This document shows positions 37,860 through 51,676 of a stretch of DNA of 63,800 nucleotides, in pieces (the stretch's first letter is position 1; every line of letters starts with the position of its first letter). This DNA comes from Octopus bimaculoides (taxonomy: Eukaryota), in the NCBI RefSeq assembly GCF_001194135.2, contig NC_068982.1, forward strand, positions 177,284,878-177,348,677, in the 5' to 3' direction. The notes under the pieces are model-generated. The model ran no database searches. It was given only the letters and a program-made list of their open reading frames with translations, and had not been told where the DNA came from. The translations under genes were made by a program, and so were the position numbers.

Positions 37860-38640
37860 AAGAGGTGTATCATATTACGTCTCCAAGGTTATGCGTTTGC
37901 AATCCAAGAGCAGGAGATTGCAACAAAATACCTAATGAGCAAAAGAGACAGTGTAGCCCTTGGTGCAACCGACAATGTCGATTATGATGCATTTCTGTGG
38001 AAGATATTATATATGTGATCAGCAGTCGCCCCAAAATATCATCAACGTATTACTTCCCAATGCGCATGATGTCGCTAAAATAGTATACAATGCTATCCGA
38101 AAAGAATACTGTCTTGGATACATTTAGAGAATTCCTCTATTACTTCAGGCGTGGCTGCGTGGTAAGAAATTTGCTTCCCAGCCACATGGTTCCGGATTCA
38201 ATCCCACTGCGTAGCACCTTGTCAAGTGTCCTCTATAGCCCCGGGACGTCCAAATCCGTATGGGTGGATTTGGTTGGCGGAAACTGAAAGAAGTCCGTAG
38301 TATATATCTTTGTTTGTATGTGTGTGAGTGTAGGTGTGTTTGTGTCTGTGTAGGTGTGTAATAGTGTCGGCTCCGCCACCACTGCCTCACAACCGGTGTT
38401 AGTGTGTTTACATCCTCGTAACTTAACGGTTCGGCAAAATCGGCCGATAAAATAAGTAACAGGCTTTAAAATATAAATACTGGAGTCGATACGTTCGACT
38501 AAAAGTTCCTCAAGCCGGTGCCCCAGTATGACCAGACTCTAGTGACTGAAGCAAAAGATATAAAAATAAACATCATCACAAGGAATATTGGCGAAACATT
38601 CCCATTAAAACGTCTACCCAATGCAAATATAAAATGCGTG
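37860..38640 (+). mobile_element. Decayed R4/Dong-clade fragment (CCHC region) split by a SINE insertion
   Basis: GYAFAIQEQEIATKYL..CRL*CISVEDII.VISS.PK...YY.PMR/HDVAKIVYNAIRK, resuming after the SINE with HKEYWRNIPIKTSTQCK. Confidence 0.7.
38146..38570 (+). mobile_element. SINE family B (full length)
   Basis: GGCGTGGCTGCGTGGTAAG head with GGATTCAATCCC B-box; 3' end GACTGAAGCAAAAGATATAAAAAT. Confidence 0.9.
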
Positions 38641-40221
38641 GTTGAGACAGATGAGAAAATCTATGTATGATCCTAGAGGTCAGCTGCTCCGCTCATGTGA
38701 ATACCTCTTCGAAAACCAAAGCGAGAGAGGGTAACAACAGACAAACACTCCGAAACATTCAGACTCAATACCAAGATTATGAACTCACATTTATATAAAT
38801 AATAATTAATTTAGAGTAAATGCCTAAGTGACAATTTGGAAAACTGGAGCTTTCAGAAAACGCAATCAACCAGCGAACACGCTCATTACACTCAAACACA
38901 CTAACACGCCTAAATATGCAAGACTTCTTTCAAATTCAATATGTTACTTTGTTTCTTCTACCTACGTTCCAATGATAGGGATTTTTAAATTTGCCAGAAG
39001 CCAGCTCCTTCTTTTCAAGAAGCCTGCAAAGTCTTAAACATAGAAGAGAACGCACATGCATATGATGGGCTTCTAGATGATTTGCCTGCAGGTATTTTCA
39101 CAAGATACATGACAGCAAAATGCACTTACCCAGAACATCATCCAGTTTGATCGAACAATGTGCTTGCAAGTCGAGAAATGCAGGGAAAATAAATGCTCTT
39201 GGATACGGATAAGGAGATTAGGAAGAACGAATGAGAGGGTAGAATCAGACCAGCAGACCACCAAGGGAAGAAGGCTCTTTTGCAGCGATAGAAAAGAAGA
39301 TAAATCGTTCAAACATCAATTTTGTGTTCTAGAGATTAAAATGAGTTACCAAGAGATTTCATGACTTGTTGGATAGTTTTCGTGGGATATGAACTGTGAT
39401 ACACGTAGGAGCACGGGTTGAAGAAGCCCTTATACATACATACATACATACATACATACATAANNNNNNNNNNNNNNNNNNNNNNNNNNNNNNNNNNNNN
39501 NNNNNNNNNNNNNNNNNNNNNNNNNNNNNNNNNNNNNNNNNNNNNNNNNNNNNNNNNNNNNNNNNNNNNNNNNNNNNNNNNNTATATATATATGGACATG
39601 ATACTTCATTTTGGATCTGATATGAACTTTGTTGTCGTTTGCAATTTTCTGGGATTGAAGAATTTACTGGTAAGCAGAAGAAAGGCAATCTTTCTAATAA
39701 AATTTCGGATTTGCTATGATTGTAGGCAACAGGAAAAGCCTTTACTAATAGTGAAGCCTATAATTTGAAGAAACGATGGACGGTTTAGTTGAATGTTATT
39801 CAGTTTTTAGTGTGAGCGATGAATGTACAAATGAAAATGTAAGAAATAAAACAAGAACAGAAAGGACAGTATCACCGAGAAGAGTTGAGATGTATAGTAA
39901 TTCAGACATTCCATGTCGCAGACGAAGTCTTTCAAATTATCATTGATTATTTTGTTAAGATTGTGTATTGAAGCATCTGTAATTTATATTCACATACATC
40001 ACATCTGTAATTCGCTTTAAAGTTTCACCTTCTGCGACAAATACACACAAATATTCCCCTATGGACGTTTCCACAGGGCAACGTGTGTAGGTGTGTGCTT
40101 GCTTGTGCATTAACGTCTATAACCATGTGCATATATGGTGGGATAGAGGAAGCAGGCGTAGATGCGAAGTAAGATTAATGGTGCGTTTGTATATGTCTGT
40201 TTACATAACCACTACACACAC

Positions 40222-40261
<40 letters not shown>

Positions 40262-40873
40262 GACATTTATTTATATGTACATATGTATATAAGAATATAC
40301 ATGCTTATGTGTAGATGGTTAGATACATATATACGTGTACACGTCGTTATGTGCATTGCCTTTATACATATATATGTGTGTTTGTGTGTTTGTCAGAGAG
40401 TGAGTGTATCTGCGTATGTGTGTGCGCACAAATGTGTGTATGTATTCAACAGTATGTAAATCGCATCCGTGATTTCTATTCACAATGCTATATAACACTT
40501 CAATCGTTTTACGAACTAAACAAAATAAACTTTCAGATGTAAAATAACATGATGTAAATTACACAGCTAGATCTTTCTACATGCATGAAAACCTTAAATA
40601 CAATTCAGTGAGATGGAGACCTTTTAGTATGGAAACAGCGATAATGATTTCTTGCAAAGCTGTTGACACGATTCCTAATAAAAGACTTAACAGTGTTGTT
40701 AAGAAATTCACTTTGAAACTACATGGTTAACGACCTTGGTCTACTACCTGGTACCTTAATTCTCCTGTCGAGTAAAGACGTCTGAGTTATTTTCATTTAC
40801 ATGGAATTTATATGAATCTATTAGTATTTGCTATCTCTATAAATTTTATTTAATTATTGTTAACTTTTTTTCT

Positions 40874-41064
40874 ATTATTGGTATCAATAATAGTCATTAT
40901 TTTAATTTTTATTTTTGGTATCAATAATATTTATTATTTTTATTTTTATTATTGGTATCAATAATATTCATTATTTTTAATATTGGTATCAATAATATTC
41001 ATTATTTTTAATATTGGTATCAATAATATTCATTATTATTATTAATAATATTGGTATCAATAAT
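40874..41064. repeat. Minisatellite: 6 copies of the near-palindromic core (ATTA)TTGGTATCAATAAT
   Basis: TTGGTATCAATAAT occurs 6 times, separated by AT-only spacers of variable length. Confidence 0.9.
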
Positions 41065-41790
41065 AGTGATTAGTAGGAGTAAAGAAAAAGTCAAATATAT
41101 ATCCACATTTCTAAAAGCAAATGTGCGATACACAAAAGCAAGATCTACACGAAAGCAAGATCACTCGCACACAATACGGACAGCTGACCCATACATAAAA
41201 ATATAACACTATAAACAAAACTAATATTCCCTTACTTGAAGATGAATGTAATCAAATTTCAAAACGTGAACGAACAGAAAGAAAGAAACCCGGGATTTAT
41301 AAAGTGTAATTAGCGATGTAAACAAGAGTGCATTTTGCACCAAAAGCAAATATGAGTTTCACTCATGGTAACTACTGCAATATAATTTGTTCTAACAGAA
41401 CAACCACGTTTAAGTGGGGATAAATGTTACCTCTCTGTAATAACAAACTGGTTATGATATACAGTGGAATTGTTTCACTGGGCACGACCGTGTCAGGAAA
41501 CTGAAACGAAGATATTATTAATGTAATAAGTAATAAACGAAAATTTAATGCAACAATCGTCTGTACCTGGTTGGTTACAATGACACTTGGGTGACAATTA
41601 AAGGTATATGTATGTTTGTGTTTTACATTCTGTGTGCATGTGACGTTATATATGTGTGTGACTATGTGTGGACATATGCATATGTCCACACATACTCATA
41701 AACATACAAATAAACTGACATACACATACAAATACAATCACACACATATATACATATATACGTGTGTAACTCTATATATATACACACACA

Positions 41791-41826
<36 letters not shown>

Positions 41827-42012
41827 NNNNNNNNNNNNNNNNNNNNNNNNNNNNNNNNNNNNNNNNNNNNNNNNNNNNNNNNNNNNNNNNNNNNNNNNNN
41901 NNNNNNNNNNNNNNNNNNNNNNNNNNNNNNNNNNNNNNNNNNNNNNNNNNNNNNNNNNNNNNNNNNNNNNNNNNNNNNNNNNNNNNNNNNNNNNNNNNNN
42001 NNNNNNNNNNNN

Positions 42013-42071
<59 letters not shown>

Positions 42072-42132
42072 GAGAGAGGGAGAGATGCAAATATACATGC
42101 ACGCACACATACAGACATGTGTGTATATATTG

Positions 42133-42339
42133 ATATCAAATTTTGAAACAAGGCCAACAAGTTCAAGGCAGGTGGCAAGTCCATTACATGGAACCCAGTA
42201 CCCATCTGTTTCTGATTCTATTTCCCACGAAAGAATGAAAGCCAAAGTCGACCTCGATTTGAACTCAGAAGTTAAAGACGGGCGAAATGCTGTTAAGCAT
42301 ATCGCCCGGGGTGGTAATGTTCCTGCCAGCTCGCTGCCT
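42133..42339 (-). mobile_element. SINE family A
   Basis: Core GAATGAAAGCCAAAGTCGACCTCG and head ending GCCAGCTCGCTGCC. Confidence 0.85.
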
Positions 42340-42441
42340 TATATGTCTATATATGTTAATGTTTGTTTTATGTCAATTTATAACAGAAACAATTTAACAT
42401 TAAACTGAAAAATTATACAATACACTGTAGCAAAATAGAAT

Positions 42442-42640
42442 ATTCTTTTCTACTCTAGCCACAAAGCACGAAATTTTTTGGGGAAGGGGTGGCAGTCGAT
42501 TAGATCGACCACAGTACGCAACTGGTACTTAATTTATCGACCCCGAAATGATGAAAGGCAAAGTCGATCTCGGTGGTATTTGAACTCAGAACGTAAAGAC
42601 AGACGAAATACCGCTAAGCATTTCGCCCGGCGTGCTAAAG
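42442..42640 (-). mobile_element. SINE family A (young-looking, 5'-clipped)
   Basis: CTGGTACTTAATTTATCGACCCCGAAATGATGAAAGGCAAAGTCGATCTCGG. Confidence 0.9.
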
Positions 42641-43319
42641 CAACCTTACACTAGAGAATATTAAAATAAAGCGAGACTAGTTTTTGTCGTTGTTGTTGCT
42701 GTTGCTGCAACTGTTGCTGCTGCTGCCCCGAACAGACAGAATTGTTAGTCCATCAGAGAAAATTTCTCATAGTATTTCTTTCACTTCTTCATGTTCCTTG
42801 ATACAAATCCAAGAGAGGTCAATTTTGCTTCGCATCGTATAGGAGCCGACAAAATGAAAATATCGGTCAAGTATTTGGGTCGATAGCATCGGGGAAACCC
42901 TTCCTCTAAAAGCTACTGACCTCGAGCCTAAATAAGAAAATATTAATAAAGGAAGCGAACAGGAAGAATATTTATAAAGCGGTGAAATACTTAACAGATT
43001 TCGTTTCGGCACTTTACCTACAATCCTCCGATTTCACTTTTGCTTCTCATACTGTTCTCTCGTTAAAATAAAGTACCAGTCAAGTTCTGAGGCCGATGTA
43101 ATCAACTAATTCCTAAAATTGAAATTAATTTAAAACGAAGACGATGAACTTGCAGAAGCGTTAGTATGTCGGACAAATTGATTAGAGATATTCCCTCCGA
43201 TTCGATTCTTTAAGGTCCGAGTTCAAACCCTACTGAAAACAATTTTGACTTTTTTTCTTTTTCAGCACGGTAACATATAGTGCCATTTATGTCCTGGGAT
43301 GATGTAACTGAATTGCTTC

Positions 43320-43640
43320 CTTCCCTAAAAGTCTCAACATCAGTATCTTTCATCGTCTTAGATACCAGTTTTTGTGTTGGGCCAACTGCATCAATTACCA
43401 CGGGAACAATTGTTTCATAATTACTTCATCTTTCTGGTTAGATCCTGATATTTCTCACATATTTAGGGTATCCAATCTGGTATCGGGTATTGCCAAGGCA
43501 ACAATCATACATTTATTTGTCCCCTACAATCATATCTGTTTTCTAGCGTTAATAGTATGGTCAGTCTTTATTTGGATACGACATAAAACCTCTAATCATT
43601 ATTTTCCATCATAACCTTTGGCTCGTGTTCATGCCATTTT
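43320..43640 (-). mobile_element. Decayed R4/Dong RLE fragment next to a (TTA)n tract
   Basis: Minus-strand frames give KWHEHEPKVMMENND, QIKTDHTINARK, AIPDTRLD, EKYQDLTRKMK and IVPVVIDAVG. Confidence 0.75.
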
Positions 43641-43654
43641 ATATTTTGAATCTA

Positions 43655-43655
<1 letters not shown>

Positions 43656-43720
<65 letters not shown>

Positions 43721-43740
43721 CGTTATTATTATTATTATTA

Positions 43741-43770
<30 letters not shown>
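43656..43770. repeat. (TTA)n microsatellite
   Basis: Direct reading of the sequence. Confidence 0.97.
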
Positions 43771-43775
<5 letters not shown>

Positions 43776-46536
43776 CATTATTGTTGTTATTTTTGTTGTT
43801 ATTGTTATTACGTTTGTTATGTATTATTATGCTTATTATTGTTATTACTTTGCATAACTTCCATAATGGATTTCACACGAATTATGCTAATATTTACCTT
43901 CACTGAAATATTAACATAATTTCAATATTCAGAAAGGAGTAAATAAACATAAGTAAGACTATACTAGAATGTATGGACGGAAATAAATATGGAAGAAAAA
44001 TAATTTATATTTATTTCACCATAAAATTAACTCATTCGAGTTAAACCATGGGGAACAAATATATTTTAATATTAGAAAACATTATTTACTGTCTTACAGT
44101 CATATTTTATATAATGTTGCTTTATATTCTGACTTCGTAAAATAGAAAATCATTAGTTAAATGCTATTTTATGTCATACTTTATGCCTGATATTAGAACA
44201 AGAATTTTTTGATATGTTTTGTTTTTGAATTTTATTACCCGTATTTAAAATAAATTGGGCTGGTTTTATTTTTAAAATTTGAAGTATATTATCAACCGAA
44301 TCCAATAAAACCTGTGCACTTTGAATATTTTAGCAAAGCTTCATTGCTTATCAATGGAAATCCGCCATTTTAAGGTAGTTAATTTATATATCGAAATATC
44401 GATTAATATTTAACACTGTATTGCGAGCGAACATTTGTTCATGATATATATATCATTTATGTGATATAAGCAGTATTGGTTTTACGGATGATGTTTAAAA
44501 TGTTATTGCAGCACTTACTGCATTTTTGTTGGTGTATTTGTTGTGTTGTCATTTCTGATATTTCTTGTTGTTCATGTTGACAGGAAATTTATATTGTGGT
44601 TACTAATTTAAAGACAAAAAGTTTCGAATTAAATTGCTATCTACCAAATGATACTACTTTGACACAGGCCAATATGAATACACACACAATCACACTTATG
44701 AATATACACATACATATAGACAAACATACATATATATATACAAACACACTCACATACATACATACATACATACATACATACATACATACATACATACATA
44801 CATACATACATACATGCATACATGCATACACAACAGATTAAAAGAAATATTGCCGCCAGAACATTGCTCTCACGCAATGCATTTGCAATACAAGTACTGC
44901 AGAGTATTGGTTAGTAAATCATTGCCAATCAGTTGATTGTTCTTTTGTCAATCATCTACGACACAGGTTTTTTTTTTTCGAAAGTTGTGCCGACTAGGTC
45001 AGATCTGAGAGTAGTTCATCAATGTTCTAACGTGAAGTTAGTAGAAGTCAGCATATAGCAGCCTATTATATTCCCTTGCTCGAAAAGTGCCCTTAATCTG
45101 TGCAGCACGAAGTAGCTTATATCAGTGAAATACTTGAAATATAATTTTTTTGCATCTATTTTCGTATATTCTGCGAGTTTAAACATTGTATGTTGGCAAT
45201 TGTTTATAATTTCCAATGCGTAGTATATGATGTAGTACAATTTGTTCATATAAACATATTTGGTTTTCTTGTGAAGATTATTTTACGAAATCTCAATTTT
45301 CAGACCTGTTATAAGGTTTAGACCTTATTCACAAAATGCAAAACATGCTTGCCATGAAATACAGAAGTTTTTACTGAAATTCTCCCAGAGAATTCGAAAT
45401 GTCATTAATCTATCTCCTTGTATGTTTTTGAAAAGAACATTTTAATATAAGTATGTTAGTAGTTCTTAGTTTATATCGATCGTAGAGAGAAGGATAGTAA
45501 AATCGTTGTAATTGAAGCACAGAAAGGACTTTTGTTACATAGGCAACCACAAATTGATACTTTATAAAGTGAGTCAATTATATCCGTGCGACAATATGTT
45601 GGGTAGATGCTGATCGGCCTATGTATGACTTGGATAACCTATTCCCGGAGCAATATAGCATCCTCCGCGTTATTGCTCAAACTGCTAAACATAGCAACCG
45701 TATCACCTTCACATTTTGTCTTAACATTTTTAAAACAGAAGAACACATTTGGCAACGTTGATCTTTTGGCAATTATTACCTTTGATAAAACATAGGACGC
45801 CTATATCTAGATCGCTGTTGAACACAGCACACTTGTTTAGAACTCTTATCGATTTGATCAAAAACAGAAAAAAGAAACAGTAAGAAACTCGAAAGATTAA
45901 ACTGCAAAAGTATCATTGACTATAACTGTATTTGAAATCAGAAACTAAGCAAGCCAAATTAGTACCACAAGGTATTTAATAATGCGTAATCACCCAACAA
46001 TTTTCAGGCGAGCAATCAAGAACAGTATAACTTTCCTTATGTCACAATGACCAGAGATTATAAATGAAAGAATGAAAGAATTACAACGATCTACAACAGG
46101 GAAACAAGTAAAAAAAAAATGCAACAAAATCGCATATTATGTTACCGTATATTAATTCGGCTTGCTTCAAGTATTATTATAATTTAGTATTGTCTTATGT
46201 ATATATGCATTTGTTTATTAATATGTTACAGCAGGATGCAGTGAAATTCAAGAGGTAATCGGATACTAAATGAAATAGAAGTAAAATTTTAGGGCAATTA
46301 TTGGTATTGCCACTTTACTCTGAGAGCGTTATTCACAGAGGTTGTCTCTGGAATGTGGAGAGTTGGAATAGGAGTGAAAACAATGGGAATGGAAAAGAGT
46401 TAAGTTTCGTGAATGAAGGGATATGAGGGAAAATGGAACAAAAAAAACGATAGGTAAAAAGCAAGGAAAAGAATTACGAGTATTATTTTCCTTCATTTCC
46501 AATTTCTTCATTATATAACAGCAATCACGCACACAC

Positions 46537-46537
<1 letters not shown>

Positions 46538-46610
<73 letters not shown>
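46538..46610. repeat. (GATA)n microsatellite
   Basis: Direct reading of the sequence. Confidence 0.98.
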
Positions 46611-46611
<1 letters not shown>

Positions 46612-46714
46612 AATGTCTGTGTGCGTTTATAAATGTGTATGGATATATGTAAACACATCCACACATGAATATATATACATTTGTATGTATATATATCATA
46701 AATGTATACATAAA

Positions 46715-46795
46715 TATATATTATATAAATGAAGTATATAGTATATATTATATAAATGAAGTATATAGTATATATTATATAAATGAAGTATATAG
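46715..46795. repeat. 27-bp tandem repeat x3 (TATATATTATATAAATGAAGTATATAG)
   Basis: Three identical units. Confidence 0.95.
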
Positions 46796-46813
46796 TATAT
46801 ATACACACAAATA

Positions 46814-46853
<40 letters not shown>

Positions 46854-46861
46854 CATACATA

Positions 46862-47017
46862 CAGGCGCAGGCGTGGTTGTGTGGTAAGATGTTTGCTTCC
46901 CAAACATATGTTTCCGGTTTCAGTTCCGTCGCGTGACAGGTGTCTTTTACTATAACCTGGGGCCGACCTAAGTCTTGTGAGTGGATTTGGTACACGGGAA
47001 CTGAAACACCCCCGTCC

Positions 47018-47060
<43 letters not shown>

Positions 47061-47330
47061 GTGTGTGTTTGTGTGTGTGTGTGCGCGCGCGCATGTGTGT
47101 GTGTCTGACTGTCTGTCATTTTTTCTGTGTTCTTCATTCACCACCGCTTGACAACTGCTAATGGTGTATCAACGACCCCCGTCACCTAGCGGAACGGAAA
47201 AAGAACGGACAGGATAAGTACCAAGGTTTAAGAATTAAACCCTGGAGTCGGCTTGTTCGACTAAAAAGCTTTCAATGCGGTGCCCCAGCATGGCCACAGT
47301 TAAATGACTGAAAGAATTAAAGGATATAAG
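46862..47330 (+). mobile_element. SINE family B (full length)
   Basis: AGGCGCAGGCGTGGTTGTGTGGTAAG head; 3' end GCATGGCCACAGTTAAATGACTGAAAG. Confidence 0.9.
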
Positions 47331-47452
47331 ATTATATATATATATGTATAGATATATATATGTATGTGTGTATGTATATATGTATATATATCTGTATGCA
47401 TGTATACATATATATGCATATATATATATATATATGTATATATATATGTATG

Positions 47453-47521
<69 letters not shown>

Positions 47522-47628
47522 TTATATATATATATGTATGGGTATATATATGTATATGTATATATGTATGTATGCGTTTATATGTATGTATGCGTATGTA
47601 TATATATGTATATATATATGTATGCATG

Positions 47629-47660
<32 letters not shown>

Positions 47661-47762
47661 TGTGTATATATATGTATGTGTATGTATATATATGTATATG
47701 TATGTATGGATGTATATATATACATATATACATACATATATATATTTACATACATGCATATA

Positions 47763-47832
<70 letters not shown>

Positions 47833-47870
47833 TGTATGTAAATATATATATGTATGTATATATGTATATT
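47331..47870. repeat. Long compound (TA)n/(TATG)n tract
   Basis: About 540 bp of low-complexity sequence. Confidence 0.97.
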
Positions 47871-48650
47871 TCTATGAGTGTATCCTCGTGCTTCTGTGCA
47901 AGTGTGTGGTCTTATGTCTGAGTGCGTGTGTATGTATGGATTACGGTTGTATGCATGCATATTTATATATACACCCCAACCAATCAAATGTACCAAAACC
48001 ATTTACTTTTCTATTCCATGCTCTAACAACTCAACGAATTGACCACACGTATGTGTGTGAGTGCTTTTGCCATTGCGTGTGTGTATATGTATTAATATAT
48101 ACGCTAAGATATATATAGATATATGAATTTATATATATATTTATATATATGTGTGTATGTGCATATATGTATGCATGTAATATATATATACTTATATATA
48201 TACCTATTATATGTGTGCGTGTAGTTCATAATAATTTTCCTATCGTCTTGGCTCAACAGCCTTCACCGTTTGTTTTTATTGTCTTGTTCTCACCGTCCTG
48301 TTCTTGTTTACAACTTTCGCCCTCCGCAAATCCCAAATTTTATTTAATTTGCTTTGCTAGAAGGACTGTTCCAACGAAGTCGCGCATTGTCCTTGCCTTC
48401 GAAATGCGGAGTAGATGAAGCAGGGACAACTGATGAAGGGGTATATTCTTTATGTTCCATGTCTCGTTTGTTTTTTTCGTTGTTCGAAAAAGTTTATTGT
48501 CTGTTTATGTTTTTTTTTTGGTTTCGTTTCTCATTGTGTTTAAGGTGTTGTTTTTTATGTCCTGTACCCATATATGCATGTATGTATACATATAGATGTA
48601 GGTATGTACATATATATATGGATATATGCATTATTTATATATTATTTATA

Positions 48651-48717
<67 letters not shown>

Positions 48718-48914
48718 GGCTTAGTAAATTTTAAATATGTTTAAAACCATGATAGCATGATTTTTTCATGATGTAATCTTTTGCAAGCAAAATGCTCATC
48801 AATAAAAAATGCTGCTGAAACAGCTGTTGTCAATTTTTAAATTCCATTTGTCTTCTATTATATATACATGCCTGTTTGTGTGTGTAACGTATATATATGC
48901 CTACATTGGTGTAT

Positions 48915-49148
48915 ATACAATACCGGTTGTCAAACGGCGTTATGGGATGAACACAGACACACACAAATTGATATAAAATGTATACGACGGGCTTCTTTCA
49001 GTTTCCCATCTACCAAACCCACTCACAAGGCTTTGGTCGGTCCGAGGTTATAGCTGAAAGTACCTGCCCAAGGCGCCACGTAGTGGGACTGAGCGGGAAC
49101 CATGTTTTGGGGATCCAAGCTTCTTACTACACAGCCACGCCTGCGCCT
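48915..49148 (-). mobile_element. SINE family B (5' portion)
   Basis: Reverse complement of the head: CTTCTTACTACACAGCCACGCCTGCGCCT. Confidence 0.88.
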
Positions 49149-49399
49149 ATAAATACAAATATATAGTACACACACTTACACACACACACACACACACATA
49201 CACACACACACACACACACCCTACACACGCACACACACACACACACACACCACACACACGCACACACACATACATATATATTCTTTTATATACGTATATT
49301 TGTACTTAAAGTACCAATTAATCAATACTGTCTAGACTATCGACTATTCCGATTCCCTCAAAATTTCTGGTGTTCTGGTATTATTGTAAGTAATAATAA

Positions 49400-49612
49400 C
49401 CCATTTTATTATATACTGAAGGACTGAAATTTTAGATGAGAAGTTTAGTCTATTACATCGATCCCAGTGCTCAGCTGGTACTTATTTTATCGAACCCGGG
49501 AGGATGAATGACAAAGTTGACCTCAGAAGAATTTGAACCTAGAACATAAAGGTGAATGAAATGCCACTAAACCTTTTGGCTAGCGCGCCAACGGCTCTCT
49601 CCGTTTGCCGTG
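49400..49612 (-). mobile_element. SINE family A
   Basis: CTGGTACTTATTTTATCGAACCCGGAGGATGAATGACAAAGTTGACCTCAG. Confidence 0.8.
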
Positions 49613-51631
49613 TTGGAAGCAAAATATGTTAAATAAAAATTTCATCATGTGTTAATGTAAAGTCTACAATTGTATACGTCGTTGCTTTATATATATATAT
49701 TTTTTTTCTTTTCACTTGTAACTTCGTTCCTAGACTTCTTGTGTCAATAACATGTTCAGTCTGGTGTAGAAATCCGAAATAATCCTGTAATTAGTATCCT
49801 TATCTACATCATCATCATAATAATCATCATCGTTAAAATTTTCGGCTCATCATACGAAAAGATTCGTATCTTGTGTTTTAATGTCGAGATGTTTCTTCAA
49901 ACCTCAAAGATTTTGATGGATTTACGTAGAATACAAAAACACGTGTTTTGTTTTGTTTTCTGCAGTTCTACTATCTGAAATTCTCTGTCCCTTGATGACC
50001 TATTCTGCTATTGTTCCAGTATTTCCCCGACTATAATGACTGTTTTGTACACATGATTTTCTAGTTATATCAGTTCTAGATCAAGATACTTATATTTCTA
50101 TTGCCTTGACTCGTCTGTATAATGTATGGAAAAGCAATATCTATATTTCTAAGACAAGATTACTTTTGGTTTCTTCATTATTTTTGTGTCTCGGCTGTAT
50201 GTCTGTATTACGCGGAAACTTTGCAGCAAGAAATATAAAACTGCGACTGTCATTGTCTATAACAGCGAGTGGTTGATGTTGGTTCCATTTGTAATCGCTG
50301 TTTAATTCAAATCTCCAATTTATCAAACAATGTAATATTTAACCCATTCTATACTTTGTGTGGCACCTTTCTTCATTTACCTCATAGTATGGTTGAAGGT
50401 TTTGTATAACTCATTACACATTCGCCACTTACGACTCAAAACACATGTTACCCGTATGAAAGACACTAGTGAATCATTTGAATGAGATTTGGTTGCTACA
50501 CCCTAGTCTCCTTGAATCTCTCTGAATTTCTTCTATTTTTGTTAAATGATATTTGTCTATTCGCTTCTTCTGGAGAATCATCCATGATAACGTAACTACC
50601 CACTTTAGACTCCAAGCCATTCTACAGCAAAGTTTTCTGTTCACCTGAAATGTAACTTTTGTCCCCTTTTCAGATGTCTATCTCCTGTTTATTTTTCACT
50701 TGTTTGTAATTCTTTCTTGTTTCTATATATCCTCAATTGAATATAATTGTTCCTCAGATATCTATTTTTCAGCTTTTAGACAGCATGATGGCTACCAGAT
50801 ATTTTCAGCCACCAAGCAACTTATGAAGATCGGCCACATATATTGCTTCCGGTAGCTGCTTTTATAAACAAACGATGAAGGTTCAACGAAGGCGATCGAG
50901 AAATCAAAAGAGAGATATAAAATAAAATAAATAATATAAAGCAGAATTTTGTTATTATTTTCAGGCCTGGAAAAAGTAAAATGTTAAATAGAATAGATTG
51001 CCTATTCAACAAATATTCATAAAAGAAAGTCATAAATAGCAAGCAGTTAATATTTAGTCTATATAGTTATTATTAAATAAAATTTACTAAGTGACCTTCT
51101 GATCAATATTCAAAATAGGTTACAACCTAAGACAAAGGCATACTCAATAATGTTAATCGAATCAGAAATAACTTTCATCCCCTAACAGACAACAGGTTGC
51201 GGCAGATATTTCATTTCGTCGGAACAATGCGAAATCAGTGAACTGTTCGTCATTTATACATACGACTTCTGGTTACTGAAATACAATATACTGCTGTTCA
51301 ATACTTATTGTTGAAAGTAAGTATCGTGACCATATTCAGAAAATAGCACCTGTGACAAACAGGATATGAAGTAATGATTCAATATATTTTCTCTGCCGCA
51401 GCGCTTCTTTGTAAAAAGAAAAGCCTAAGAAGAACATTTCTTAATAGGCTACTGATTTTAAAGGCTCAGGATTTAGCAACTCAGCGGATTCGCTTGTGTT
51501 TTTCGTAAAAGGAACAGACATTTTAATTAGATCTTAAGTATTAAAACATTTGAGTTGACTGCAATTACCATTATACCATAGTAGAGTTGATTATAAGTAT
51601 TTTCACAATTACCACTTCTGCTATTGCTATG

Positions 51632-51676
<45 letters not shown>

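Noticed and set aside
39060-39440. Possible RTE-like LINE 3' end before (ACAT)n
   Set aside because: Resemblance is weak; no diagnostic motif.
39590-39680. Candidate exon ending CTG|GTAAGC
   Set aside because: No acceptor is visible (it lies next to a gap) and the peptide is unrecognisable.
40630-40700. KAVDTIPNKRL, resembling a CR1/L2 RT motif
   Set aside because: Only about 11 residues with no supporting flanking motifs.
40874-41064. CRISPR-like look (repeat plus variable spacers)
   Set aside because: Eukaryotic context, short AT-only spacers related to each other, and no cas genes.
50400-50770. Possible minus-strand RLE-domain remnant (IDKY..RRLG)
   Set aside because: It needs several frameshifts and no PD..D motif is clear.
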